A stretch of 64,000 nucleotides of DNA from a virus. The notes beneath the pieces were generated by a model. That model ran no database searches. It was not told the origin of the DNA and saw only the letters and a program-made list of their open reading frames with translations. The stretch lies in the UHGV virus genome UHGV-1410950. One strand, 5' to 3'. The position numbers and the translations under genes were made by a program. Positions 1 through 9,426 of this stretch are shown here, in pieces; position 1 is the stretch's first letter, and every line of letters begins with the position of its first letter.

Positions 1-252
1 TGTCTGCATGACAATGTTGGCGAAGCCAGTACCAGTCACCACCATCAGCGTAATGGCAATTTTGCCCTGCGCTAGATTGGAGATCTTGCCCATCTTCTGC
101 CAGCTATCTGACGTGATATCCCAGTCAGTGAGCATCACGGCATTTTTATCCAGCATGGTCAGAGCATCGGTCAGCTTGCCCACATCAATTTTTAACGGGT
201 TGGTCAGGTATGGGACAGGAAGCCCAAGCCGGGGAGTAGTTTTGTCCACCAT
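1..252 (-). CDS. hypothetical protein, partial (start ATG at 250-252, 3' end beyond window edge)
   Basis: Minus-strand open frame from ATG at 252 runs to position 1 without a stop (MVDKTTPRLGLPVPYLTNPLKIDVGKLTDALTML...). Absent from the ORF track only because it is truncated. GAGAGA 9 nt upstream of the ATG. Confidence 0.4.
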   Translation of the reverse strand, partial: MVDKTTPRLGLPVPYLTNPLKIDVGKLTDALTMLDKNAVMLTDWDITSDSWQKMGKISNLAQGKIAITLMVVTGTGFANIVMQT

Positions 253-306
253 TTCCGGGATCTCTCTTGTTCAGGAATAGCTGACATTCTGGAATCACTA
301 CGGGGA

Positions 307-333
307 AATAAAAAGCCCGGACGGTGCCGGGCT
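307..333 (-). terminator. rho-independent terminator after gene 341..595
   Basis: Hairpin agcccgg-acggtg-ccgggct preceded on + by an A5 run, which is a U-run on the minus transcript. Confidence 0.55.
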
Positions 334-340
334 GGAAGGT

Positions 341-595
341 TTACCACTTGAATTGTCGCTGCTCGTCCTCGCAGAGCCCGAACAGCTTATGCACGCCACA
401 GTAAACAGCCCCGGCGACGACGACCACCATCACAAGGCCCATCAGCATGGAACCGAAGCCAAGAGACGCAAGGCCAGAAGTAATGCCTGCTGCACTCAAT
501 CCTGAAACCTTCCCCAGAAGGCTGATCAGCAGGATAGGCGTTCCTGCCGCTGCTGCACCTGCTGTGACTTGTTTTGCCACTGTGTACCCGTTCAT
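341..595 (-). CDS. small Gly/Ala-rich membrane protein
   Basis: 84 aa with two hydrophobic glycine-zipper segments (GLASLGFGSMLMGLVMVVVVAGAV). ATG overlaps the upstream stop (TAATG). Confidence 0.5.
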   Translation of the reverse strand: MNGYTVAKQVTAGAAAAGTPILLISLLGKVSGLSAAGITSGLASLGFGSMLMGLVMVVVVAGAVYCGVHKLFGLCEDEQRQFKW

Positions 596-1023
596 TACCG
601 CCCCTTTTTATGTGTCGCTGAGCGGTGCTGTCCGCTGTAGCGATGGTTTTCATATGCTGGATCGTCAAAAAATCCAGCACGCTGAGCACCTTTGCCGGAG
701 TAGGCAGAATAAGGCGGTTTAGGCTGGAGACCTGCCATCACATGCCACACGTCATAACAGGCATCGTGGAATTTTTTATCCGTGGTCGAATCTTTGAAAT
801 TGCTGTACATCATTTCAGAGACGTACTGCACCAGCATGGCTTGCAGCTCCTCGCGGTTAACGATCACACGGAACTGATAATCGCGGTAATCGTGCGTGAC
901 CACTTCTTTGGTCGGGAAATATTTGCTCAGGTGCTCTTTACGGCGAGCGCGTACTTGGATCACTTCCGGGTCTTGCTTGTCTACGACAGCTGACAGGAAG
1001 CCATCAGATAAAATCAGCCACAT
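595..1023 (-). CDS. hypothetical protein
   Basis: 142-aa ORF, translationally coupled both up- and downstream. Promoter-like element at 1060-1088 just upstream. Confidence 0.55.
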   Translation of the reverse strand: MWLILSDGFLSAVVDKQDPEVIQVRARRKEHLSKYFPTKEVVTHDYRDYQFRVIVNREELQAMLVQYVSEMMYSNFKDSTTDKKFHDACYDVWHVMAGLQPKPPYSAYSGKGAQRAGFFDDPAYENHRYSGQHRSATHKKGR

Positions 1024-1059
1024 GGCGTATTCCTCAGGTTGGATTGATTAACGACTGAG

Positions 1060-1088
1060 ATAATACGTCATGCGTGCCGTATGGTCAA
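1060..1088 (-). promoter_or_regulatory. sigma70-like promoter (TTGACC-17-TATTAT) with GCATGACG spacer element
   Basis: Minus strand reads TTGACCatacggcacgcatgacgTATTAT. Member of the recurring CGTA(A)TAAT promoter family. Leader contains CCAACCTGAGGAA before the ATG at 1023. Confidence 0.4.
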
Positions 1089-1948
1089 TCTTTTTTCTTA
1101 CCTAAATACGCGTCAAGCACCATTTGGTCGGTCTTCATGTTCATCAGCTCGCGCAGCTTGTCTTTCGGTGCTAGCTTGACGGCCTGCGTTTCCCAGCCCA
1201 TTGCCACCGGGGATCCTCCGACGCGCTTCGCCAGATACATGCGAGAAACGGACGTGGTGCGCTCAAAGTCACCCAGTACGCCAGTGATCTCGATCTGTAG
1301 CCCTGACTCCTCCCATGTCTCTTTTATGGCGTTCTGCTGGAGCGTGAGCCCCGGCTCAGTACCACCCTTCGGGAAAGTGTTCTGGTAGCCGCCGAAAGCG
1401 TTGGTCGGGCTGATAATCCACACGCGACCGTCAGGCTCCTCAATGATGACGCCGGACGCCGGACGCTTCCCGGCTGGTACCATTAACGGCTGCTCGGTCA
1501 TCTGTTTGGTACCCTTCACAAAAGCCCATCCCGCGTCGGTCTTCGGTGCTCCAGTCCACGGCGCGACCGGGACGCCGTTCAGCTCCTGCGGCGCAGCACC
1601 ATTAGGCGTGAAGGTGGCCACCTCGTTGCTTGCTGCCCACGTTGGCGCTTCGGTCGGCTTACTCGGATGGTTTACCACGACGCGATTGCCCTTCTCCCCT
1701 AAGCGTGGGTGATGGACAATTTTCGTCGGCATTCCTTTGCTGGCGGTCGTCCTGTGCGTGCCGTATGGCGTTGTGGGCAGCGTTGGTTTGCGGAAATAGG
1801 CTTTCTTGGCCTGAGGCTTCGCAGGCGCTTTGGGGGCCGCAGGCGCGTCAGGTTTGGCTGCTGCCTTCCCGTTGTCGTGCGGCTTCACCCAGACGCCATC
1901 GCTCCGGCGATAACCCTTCACCTGCGCTTTCAGGAAAAGTTTAGTCAT
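1085..1948 (-). CDS. Nudix hydrolase with Pro/Ala/Lys-rich N-terminal extension
   Basis: C-terminal Nudix box GGTEPGLTLQQNAIKETWEESGL (GX5EX7(K/R)EXXEEXGL). The first ~190 aa are low-complexity (PAK-rich). Start set at the internal ATG (MTKLFLK), which overlaps the stop of gene 1941..2423. Confidence 0.65.
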   Translation of the reverse strand: MTKLFLKAQVKGYRRSDGVWVKPHDNGKAAAKPDAPAAPKAPAKPQAKKAYFRKPTLPTTPYGTHRTTASKGMPTKIVHHPRLGEKGNRVVVNHPSKPTEAPTWAASNEVATFTPNGAAPQELNGVPVAPWTGAPKTDAGWAFVKGTKQMTEQPLMVPAGKRPASGVIIEEPDGRVWIISPTNAFGGYQNTFPKGGTEPGLTLQQNAIKETWEESGLQIEITGVLGDFERTTSVSRMYLAKRVGGSPVAMGWETQAVKLAPKDKLRELMNMKTDQMVLDAYLGKKKD

Positions 1949-2423
1949 TGCCTTCCACTCCCAGCATCCACTGCGCCATGGATTCGACGCTGTTCTGCAC
2001 GCGGGCGGCGATCTCAGCATCCTTTCCGCCCTTGTCAAATGCCTGGTAAATACTGATCGCAAAGCGGGCCATAGCGTGCGCGACGATCAGCGCGGGATCC
2101 GTTTCATCCTTCGCCAGCCCCTTCACGTTCTGAATCCAGCGCGGCAGCGCGAAGTCATTCCAGCCCGGCAGCACGCTAAAGCCTGCGGTGTTACCCACAA
2201 AGATGTTAGCGGTGTTCAGCGCCTGCGCACGGTCGGCCTCCAGCGCTTCTTTCTCAGTCATCTGGTTGGCCTGCACCTTAGCGATGCGTCCCACGATGTC
2301 CTTGGCGAAGTTATTCAGGATGGTGCGTGCCACGTTGATATCGCCCAGATAAACGCTGCCATCAGCAGCGTTCAGACCTTCGATAAACCACGTTGGATCA
2401 GTATGTCGGTTCAATTCAGCCAC
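1941..2423 (-). CDS. hypothetical protein
   Basis: 160-aa ORF immediately downstream of the giant ART gene, translationally coupled. Confidence 0.55.
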   Translation of the reverse strand: MAELNRHTDPTWFIEGLNAADGSVYLGDINVARTILNNFAKDIVGRIAKVQANQMTEKEALEADRAQALNTANIFVGNTAGFSVLPGWNDFALPRWIQNVKGLAKDETDPALIVAHAMARFAISIYQAFDKGGKDAEIAARVQNSVESMAQWMLGVEGND

Positions 2424-2432
2424 AGAGCCCCC

Positions 2433-5400
2433 TTATACGCTCGGCAGGATGATACATTCCACAACGGTCATGCCGCTGCCGCCAAAGCCATCGGCGTCCT
2501 TAGTCCCCGATTCGTTCACCTTAGTGATGAGGAGGCGGGTATTAGGTGGCAGGATAATTTCTTTTTCCCCGGTATGGTGCGAGATAGATCCACCACTCGG
2601 AAGCGAGCCAGCGCCCGCATAGATACCTTTTACGCCGGGGCCTGCTGTCATTTTGAGGTGAATATTACCACTCCACACGTCTGGACTGATAGACGTGGAC
2701 ATAATTGCAGGCTCCATGATGACCTTGCCTACCGACGCTTTCAGCTTGGAGAGATCACCGCTGCCCAGACTGAATTTGCGCCCGAACGTGGTACCCGGCG
2801 AAATTTCATGGCCCATACCAGACAGCGCCTGCGCTGCTGCTTTCGCTTCTGCGCTTGGGTTGCCCTTCCACAGTCCGCTGTTCATCTGCTTATAACTGCT
2901 ACCAGTATACGCCTGCACGGCCTGTTTTTGTGTCATCGGCAGCTTTTCCCACACTTCCTGTGCTGCTTTGGCATAAGTGTTTGTGGTCAGCGTGCCAGCC
3001 TTGAACGTGGTTTTAGTAATGCCAAGGTCTTCCGGCTCAACAATCCCCGGATGGCCCAGTACCAGCAGGTTCCCGATCTTGTCTGCATCGTTACCGCTCC
3101 AGTTTTCCGGCTTGTATTCTTCGTGCATCGAATACAGCGGGTGATCGCCGCCGATACGGAACTGCTCGGCTTCATGCCCGGCAAGCTGGCTCTTAATCTC
3201 GTTAATCGCCTGCATCGCGTAGCCTTTGATATGCTGCGATGGGTGATCGAGCACTGGCACCTGTCCGGTAACAGCTCCGGTGTCTTTGTCAAAGGTTGGC
3301 GCGGTCAGGCCGCGAATGGCTTCCGGGTCTCCGGTCAGCGCCGCAGAATAAATGGCCTGCGCCGCGTCGTGGTTCCCTTTGTTCAGGAACTCTTTGGAGG
3401 ACGGGCCGGATTTGCCAACGCCAGACCAGTTGAGGAAGTCAGGCGGGGTACTGATTTTCTCCGGCTTGAATTTCTGCATTTTGATGATCTTCTCGGCTTC
3501 CGGGTACTTCTCAGCCAGATACTCTTTGCGCTTGATGAGCGTTTCCACCAGCTCCTTTTTCGCCTTATCATCGCCCGGCCCATACTGGTTGACCATGTGC
3601 GCAATTTTGGCGTCGGAGATAGCCAGTACCTTGGAGACAGACGCGGCGATATCGGCCTCAGTCATGCCACCGAAGACGGCTGCGCTGTTCGCGTTCATCT
3701 TCGGATCCATCAGTGACTCCAGCTCCTTAACGACAGGGCCAAATTCTTTCTTCGCACCCTGCGCACGGAACATCAGCGAGCCGCCCGCATCGACGCGGTG
3801 AATGGTGCCGTCATCTTTCAGCTGCACGTTGTCTTTCGCCAGCCCCACGACATCCCAGTTACCCAGCCACGCATCAACGGCGAAGCCTTCCAGCATCCCC
3901 TTGGCCTTCGCCAGCGCTGCATGGGTTTTGGCCTTCTTGATGTTCTCCCACTTCGAGGCAATAGCCATTTTCCCGTCCTTGGTGACGATCATGGCGTCCT
4001 GCGCGGACAGCCCAGCGGCGCTATACAGTTTCGCTGCCAGCACCTCAGCCTTGGCGTGCTCCTCGTTATCCGGGAACTTCACATACCATTCCTGCCCATC
4101 GGCGTCCTTCATTTTCATGCCTTCATTCGAACCGCCTTGGTTGCCCCCGGTCACTGTCCACTCATCGACGCTGATCGGCTCTTTCTTCTTCCACTGGTAC
4201 TTTTTGACCTCCATCGGGCCATCAGCGGCAAGGCCATTCTCTGCCGGGTTGCTGGTCGCGGCGGTAGCCTTCATCAGCTGCGCGACGCCATTCATAGCAT
4301 AGGTGCCATTCACCTCAGGGTTATAACCTGACTTAACCTTTATCCCATTAGCCATCAGCATCATCGACGCATATTGCGCCAGCGCCTTTTTACCCGGCGC
4401 GGTCGGGCCATACTCCGTTGAGACCTTAATTTTCATCCCAAACTCGCCATAAATCAGCATCGAACCATCGGCTTTCTGCATGATGACGCCTTTGGTGCCG
4501 CCGCCTTTGGTCAGCTTGGCTTTGAGGTTATCTACATATTTCATGTAGTGATCCTGCTGCCAAGCGCTCAGGCCAAGCGCAGCGAAGTCAGGCGCTGGGA
4601 TCTCGTCAGGATTGGCCCTAACCCAGCGCCCGTTTTTCAGGATCAGCATCCCGTTGGCACCCGGCTTCATGTCGCCTTCTTTTGGGCCATCGTCGGCCTT
4701 CTTCGCATCTTCTTCGGCTACGGTATTCTTGATAGCCGTCAGGATCCCGTCGATAGCCACAGTGGCAAAATCGTTGATGGTCAGCACGCTTTTAATGGTG
4801 CTGACTGCATCAACCTTGTCCGGGTTGGCGTCGTAGTATTCCTTGCACGCCACCGATGCTTTGACGACCTTTTGCAGCCCGCTTTTGGTCTCCGCGATGC
4901 TCTTGATGTCGTCCAGCAGTTTCAGGTCAATCATTCCCAGATCCGGCGCGGCAGTTTCCGGTGCTGGCGCAGGCTCCTCAGCTCCGGTGATCTGATCCTG
5001 TACAAAGGTCATGGTGCTGATTGCGTAATCAGTCATGCTCATTTTGACCAGATCGGTTCCCTGATTCGCCATCAGCGCATACGCGGATTCTTTGACGCTG
5101 TTCAGCACAGCCTCTTTCATTTCCTTCGAGTCGGTGTACTTCGCCAGCATCGCCATCGCTGCCAGACCATCCAGTGCATCGGCATCCGCCATGCTATCGC
5201 CTTTGTAGCTGGCTTTCGGGATCCCCTGCGGGACGCCGTGCATGTTGATGCTGTCTTTCAGTGTGGACTGTAGGACAGGGATATGTGACACGTTATCGCC
5301 TGCGGCCTTCACGATGTCCTGATAGGTGGCAGGGTTGTCGCCTTTCTTCGCCACGTACTCCTGCACAGCCATCAGCGTTTCGAGGTTGTCTTTGGCGTTG

Positions 5401-8400
5401 TTGAAGACCAGCCCAAGGTCATACATGTTTTTCGGCTTTTCCGGCGCAGCGGTCAGCTTGCTGATAACCTCAGCCATGTACTCCTTGTACTTATTACCGT
5501 TGATCGTGGTGCCCGGCGTCGCGTTCTGCTCATATTTCATGGCCTCGATGAGCAGCTTTTTGCTGTTCTCATCCTTCGCCAGTGTTGCGGCGATGGCGTA
5601 GCCCTGAAAATCAGTTGCCTCGGTCGAGTAGAAACCAACATCCGGCTTAATTGGCAGATTGAACGGCTTCCCGTGCTTCTTAAAGTAATCCTGCCCGATT
5701 TCAGACGCGGCGTAGACGTGCCCGCTATTCATTTTCAGGATGTTGTCGATAACGGTCGTGTATGCGCCCTTATCGCCATTGTTGTCCTTGATGAATTCCA
5801 GACCGATAGCACTCGCATCATCGCCGTTAGCGCCAGCCAACGCCTGTTTGAGCGCCACAATCTCGCTGCCCGCGCTGCCATTTGCTGAGGTCTCAGGCAT
5901 GTCCTGCTGTAAGATCCAGTGCCCGTTATGGAAGACCAGCGTACCGCCTTTACCCTGCTTGGTATCACCCTCCTGCGGGCCATCCTCTACCAGCCACTTA
6001 TTGACCTCCTGCTGGTACAGTTTAACCTGCACAGCAGCTGGCTCGGAAAGGTGAAGCTCGCTCAGCTCATTAAAGTGCTTGGCGATCACATCAGGATCCG
6101 ATTCTTTGCCTTTGTGAATTTCTTCGGCAATGACGTTATAGAGGGTCTGCACTTTCGTGCCATAGGTTTTCACCGTATCGCTGGTTGGTGATACCAGAGG
6201 TTTTTCTGGCTCAGTGCCGTAAGTCTCGCTCCACCATTTCCCGTAGGCTTTCTTACCTGCGATAAAGAATTCATTTGCCAGCTCGTTAAAGCCATTGTCC
6301 TTCATGGCCTCAGCCATCGCCACCAGATGCGGCGCATCGTGACCGTTAGCCGTCATCCAGTCGCCAGCCATCGCATCGGCTTGCTTTTCGTCCTTGGCAT
6401 CTGTCAGCATGTCAAACGCACTTTCCCACAGAGCGTAATCGTTCAGGATCGCTTTCTTCTCCTGCTTACGCTCATGCTTAGTGGCAGTCTGCTCGGATTT
6501 CGCCGCAGCCTGAGACTTCTCGGCCCATGAATCGTACAGCTTCCCGACGCTGGACTCGGAGAAGGCCAGATCGCTACCGTAATAGGTAGACGCCTGCTCA
6601 ATGAATGCCTCGCCTTTTGTCTTCGCCCACTCGTTGAACTCAGCCACATCGGCAAAATCCGGCAGCTGCGGCTCAGGGGTTGGCGCACGCTCCTGCTTGA
6701 TCTGCGGTGGCGTCGGCAGGGATTTCACGGAGATATCGCCCAGCTCTTTCTTGGCGGCGGTCACGGCTTCGATGATCCACGCGGACAGATCAACCTTCTG
6801 GAAGGCATCAATCAGGTTCTGGTCATCACGGATCACTGTCACCATGTCGTTGATGTTGTCCACAGCCAGCGCCCAGTTACCCGCGTTGAGGTCATTCTGG
6901 ATGTCCTCACAGATGCCGTCGATAAACGCATCACCAGTCTGCGGAGGATTGGAGAAAGTCTTCACTCCCTCAGGCTTAGGCGCAGCAGCAAGGCCCAGAG
7001 ACTCCGCCAGATTGACCGCAGGCTCTTTGCCAGCCATTACCTGCTGGTAAACCTCATTCTGCGTGTTGGAGAAGCCGGAGATATGGCCCCAGTCGCCCTT
7101 CTCGTTAACCCACATACCAGAGCCCGGATTCTTCGGATCCGCGACGATGACTGCGCTGGTATTGGTCGGGTAAACGCCTGCGTCTGGAGTCGTGGACAGC
7201 ACGCCATTCCACATGTTCTTGATGACGTTTTGCTGCTTCTTGGTCAGGTGATTCGGCTTGCCCAGCTCCACCAGCTCGGTCGGGTACTCGCTATGGTGAT
7301 AGTCGGAAATGTAGCCCAGATTGTCCGGGGTTTTGGTGTTGCCACCAAAGCCGATCAGTTTCAGGTACTGGCCCGCTTGGAACGGTTTCGCCAGCGGCTC
7401 CCCCTTCTTGCTCATAGGCCATGCGGTCGCGTGCCCCATCAGCACTTTCAGGTACGGGTTGCCGTCCTTGTCATAGGTCTGGATGATCGAGCCAGCAGGC
7501 AGGTTAGGCATGTCAGAGATAGACAGCTTCTGGCCCTTTTTGAACTCACCAGCGACAGGCTGATCCTTGAGCGGCTCGCCAGTCTCCTGATTGTGCCAGC
7601 GACCGTCTTTGAAGACCTGCATCCCGTTTTTGCCCATGCGGGTTTCACCTTCCTGCGGGCCTTCCTCAGCCCGGACGGCTTTCTGCTGCTCAACCTCGGC
7701 GCTGGCCTTCTGATCCTTTTCTGCCTGGCTAAACTGGCCCAGCATTGGATGCACGGCGTCTTTGCCGATGACCACTTTGATGTCAGGGTAGCCCAGCGCT
7801 GCCAGCGCGTTATTCGCAGCCTTGGCGACTTTGAGCCCGTAGGTGTTTTTGCCGTAGGTCATCGCCAGAATGCCGTTGATGTTGCCTACTTCGCCAGCGG
7901 CCTTGATAGCGGCGATCTGCGCGTTGTAGCTCTTGGCATTCTTAATGTTCTCCGCGACGGCGAACTGGCTCCAGTCGATAGCTTCCATGGCCTTCTTCGA
8001 CACGGATGCTTTCGGGGCTGGCTTGCCTTCGGCGGTGTCCGGCTGCGCCGGGGAGGTAGCGATGATTTCAACCGCGCTCAATGGGCTCGGCTCCTCGGAC
8101 TGCACCAGCGGCTTATTCGGATTCTCACCCGTCAGCAGCGCCAGCTTTTGCCCGTAGAGGTTCAGCAGCTTTTTGCTGTTCGGGGTGATGCCCTTCCAGC
8201 TTTTCGCCTTGCTCTTGATAGCTTCCAGCTCCGCCAGACTGGTGGCGTCGATGACCTTCTGAGCCTGCGCCTCATACGCGGTGCGCACGCCAGTGGAGTT
8301 TTTGCCGGATTCAAATTTAGGCATGACGATTTCGCCTGGCTTCGGTGCTTCGGCAGCAGGTGTTGAGGCTTTCTGGACTTCTTCTTTAGCTGCGTTTTTT

Positions 8401-9188
8401 TTCTCAGGTGAAGGAGACGGCCCATCTTTTGGCATAATAAGGCTTAGTTTTTTTGCGCCACCCGGTTCAGTTTTAAAGTATCCAAACTGCGTACCGTAAT
8501 TCTCAATCGCGTGCAGCTGGTGCTGTTTTAAATCACCAATCTCAATAGTGATGACGTTATTTTTTACTTTGTATGCTTCAATCGGTGGCAGACCTAGGTA
8601 ACTCTCAATTCCAGAAACAATGGCTTGTTGTTTGGCTGTCAAATTACCTGTAGCTGGTTTTGTTGCTGCCTTTGCCTCTTGCGCTACGGCTTCAACGGCC
8701 TGCTCAGCCATCTGATCGACGGTCTCAGGCTCTCTCTCGTATGTGGCGATGGCAGGGTGCTCACCCGCTTTCTGGCCCGCGCTGACCTTCTCCTGCGAGC
8801 CCATTTGCTCCAGCAGATAGTTGGCAATCGCCACCAGCTTTTTACCGTGGGTGTTCACGCCATAGGATGATCCCAGAATCGCCGCGATATCGCCGTTGGC
8901 AGCGTGCTGCAACAGGTTCGGGACGTGCTTCTGGTTGAAATGCTTAATGTCTTTGTTGGTCGCCTCTTTTTCAGCAGGATAGAACAGCTGGCTCGACTCC
9001 TCCTGAGGCATGGCGTAAGGTTTATGGCCTTTGCCACCAGCTTTAGGGTGCGCGGCTTTCGGGGCGTTCTTGACGCCCTTCATGTCCGGCGTGGTTTTCT
9101 TCCAGCGCCCATTGATCAGAGCATAGCCCGCTTGGTGGGCGAATTTTTGATTAAGTGCTTTTGCGAGGACAAGCATGGTGGCCACCAT
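2433..9188 (-). CDS. giant (2251 aa) multidomain protein: C-terminal ADP-ribosyltransferase domain, internal repeats, kinase-like segment; candidate virion-delivered polyvalent effector
   Basis: The C-terminal ~185 aa carry the ART signature YTGSSYKQMN ... FGRKFS (Arg) ... MSTSIS (STS) ... GEKEIILP (ExE). Three ~30-aa repeats of the form GP(Q/K)EGD(T/M)K(Q/P)G.(N/G)G.L...NG(R/H)W. Two copies of a (I/N)xAILGSSYGVNTHGKKLV-like module near the N-terminus. A segment AWLGNWDVVGLAKDNVQL..IHRVDAGG resembles kinase catalytic and DFG-like loops. Confidence 0.8.
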   Translation of the reverse strand: MVATMLVLAKALNQKFAHQAGYALINGRWKKTTPDMKGVKNAPKAAHPKAGGKGHKPYAMPQEESSQLFYPAEKEATNKDIKHFNQKHVPNLLQHAANGDIAAILGSSYGVNTHGKKLVAIANYLLEQMGSQEKVSAGQKAGEHPAIATYEREPETVDQMAEQAVEAVAQEAKAATKPATGNLTAKQQAIVSGIESYLGLPPIEAYKVKNNVITIEIGDLKQHQLHAIENYGTQFGYFKTEPGGAKKLSLIMPKDGPSPSPEKKNAAKEEVQKASTPAAEAPKPGEIVMPKFESGKNSTGVRTAYEAQAQKVIDATSLAELEAIKSKAKSWKGITPNSKKLLNLYGQKLALLTGENPNKPLVQSEEPSPLSAVEIIATSPAQPDTAEGKPAPKASVSKKAMEAIDWSQFAVAENIKNAKSYNAQIAAIKAAGEVGNINGILAMTYGKNTYGLKVAKAANNALAALGYPDIKVVIGKDAVHPMLGQFSQAEKDQKASAEVEQQKAVRAEEGPQEGETRMGKNGMQVFKDGRWHNQETGEPLKDQPVAGEFKKGQKLSISDMPNLPAGSIIQTYDKDGNPYLKVLMGHATAWPMSKKGEPLAKPFQAGQYLKLIGFGGNTKTPDNLGYISDYHHSEYPTELVELGKPNHLTKKQQNVIKNMWNGVLSTTPDAGVYPTNTSAVIVADPKNPGSGMWVNEKGDWGHISGFSNTQNEVYQQVMAGKEPAVNLAESLGLAAAPKPEGVKTFSNPPQTGDAFIDGICEDIQNDLNAGNWALAVDNINDMVTVIRDDQNLIDAFQKVDLSAWIIEAVTAAKKELGDISVKSLPTPPQIKQERAPTPEPQLPDFADVAEFNEWAKTKGEAFIEQASTYYGSDLAFSESSVGKLYDSWAEKSQAAAKSEQTATKHERKQEKKAILNDYALWESAFDMLTDAKDEKQADAMAGDWMTANGHDAPHLVAMAEAMKDNGFNELANEFFIAGKKAYGKWWSETYGTEPEKPLVSPTSDTVKTYGTKVQTLYNVIAEEIHKGKESDPDVIAKHFNELSELHLSEPAAVQVKLYQQEVNKWLVEDGPQEGDTKQGKGGTLVFHNGHWILQQDMPETSANGSAGSEIVALKQALAGANGDDASAIGLEFIKDNNGDKGAYTTVIDNILKMNSGHVYAASEIGQDYFKKHGKPFNLPIKPDVGFYSTEATDFQGYAIAATLAKDENSKKLLIEAMKYEQNATPGTTINGNKYKEYMAEVISKLTAAPEKPKNMYDLGLVFNNAKDNLETLMAVQEYVAKKGDNPATYQDIVKAAGDNVSHIPVLQSTLKDSINMHGVPQGIPKASYKGDSMADADALDGLAAMAMLAKYTDSKEMKEAVLNSVKESAYALMANQGTDLVKMSMTDYAISTMTFVQDQITGAEEPAPAPETAAPDLGMIDLKLLDDIKSIAETKSGLQKVVKASVACKEYYDANPDKVDAVSTIKSVLTINDFATVAIDGILTAIKNTVAEEDAKKADDGPKEGDMKPGANGMLILKNGRWVRANPDEIPAPDFAALGLSAWQQDHYMKYVDNLKAKLTKGGGTKGVIMQKADGSMLIYGEFGMKIKVSTEYGPTAPGKKALAQYASMMLMANGIKVKSGYNPEVNGTYAMNGVAQLMKATAATSNPAENGLAADGPMEVKKYQWKKKEPISVDEWTVTGGNQGGSNEGMKMKDADGQEWYVKFPDNEEHAKAEVLAAKLYSAAGLSAQDAMIVTKDGKMAIASKWENIKKAKTHAALAKAKGMLEGFAVDAWLGNWDVVGLAKDNVQLKDDGTIHRVDAGGSLMFRAQGAKKEFGPVVKELESLMDPKMNANSAAVFGGMTEADIAASVSKVLAISDAKIAHMVNQYGPGDDKAKKELVETLIKRKEYLAEKYPEAEKIIKMQKFKPEKISTPPDFLNWSGVGKSGPSSKEFLNKGNHDAAQAIYSAALTGDPEAIRGLTAPTFDKDTGAVTGQVPVLDHPSQHIKGYAMQAINEIKSQLAGHEAEQFRIGGDHPLYSMHEEYKPENWSGNDADKIGNLLVLGHPGIVEPEDLGITKTTFKAGTLTTNTYAKAAQEVWEKLPMTQKQAVQAYTGSSYKQMNSGLWKGNPSAEAKAAAQALSGMGHEISPGTTFGRKFSLGSGDLSKLKASVGKVIMEPAIMSTSISPDVWSGNIHLKMTAGPGVKGIYAGAGSLPSGGSISHHTGEKEIILPPNTRLLITKVNESGTKDADGFGGSGMTVVECIILPSV

Positions 9189-9220
9189 TCAACGAATAAT
9201 GGCCCAGTGTGGCATCACGA

Positions 9221-9418
9221 CTAATTAACGTCTTTCACCTTAGCACCGAAGCGCTCAACGCAGGCCAGAAAAGCCTGCTGTTTGGTGTGGCAGTATTCCG
9301 ACAGCATGGTGGAGTGTTTGCCGTCATAAAACTGGATTTCCCACTTCGCGGATCCGGTCTTTGGCGGGCCGGGCCAGTCAGCGGCGGCGTCGTATACCGC
9401 CTGCTGCTCCGGTGTCAT
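9221..9418 (-). CDS. hypothetical protein
   Basis: Small ORF MTPEQQAVYDAAADWPGPPKTG.... Start is ambiguous (9418 or 9466). Confidence 0.4.
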   Translation of the reverse strand: MTPEQQAVYDAAADWPGPPKTGSAKWEIQFYDGKHSTMLSEYCHTKQQAFLACVERFGAKVKDVN

Positions 9419-9426
9419 CTGGAAAC

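Noticed and set aside
8-280. 90-aa plus-strand ORF at the window start
   Set aside because: Antisense to a better minus-strand frame (1..252) that is open to the window edge and sits in the minus-strand operon. No ribosome-binding site.
2076-3716. 546-aa plus-strand ORF (and similar long + ORFs at 3352..4331, 4548..5273, 7083..8366)
   Set aside because: They lie antisense inside the 2251-aa minus-strand gene, whose frame carries clear ART and repeat motifs. Long antisense ORFs are expected in GC-rich coding DNA. Their composition is Arg/Leu-rich, typical of a wrong frame.
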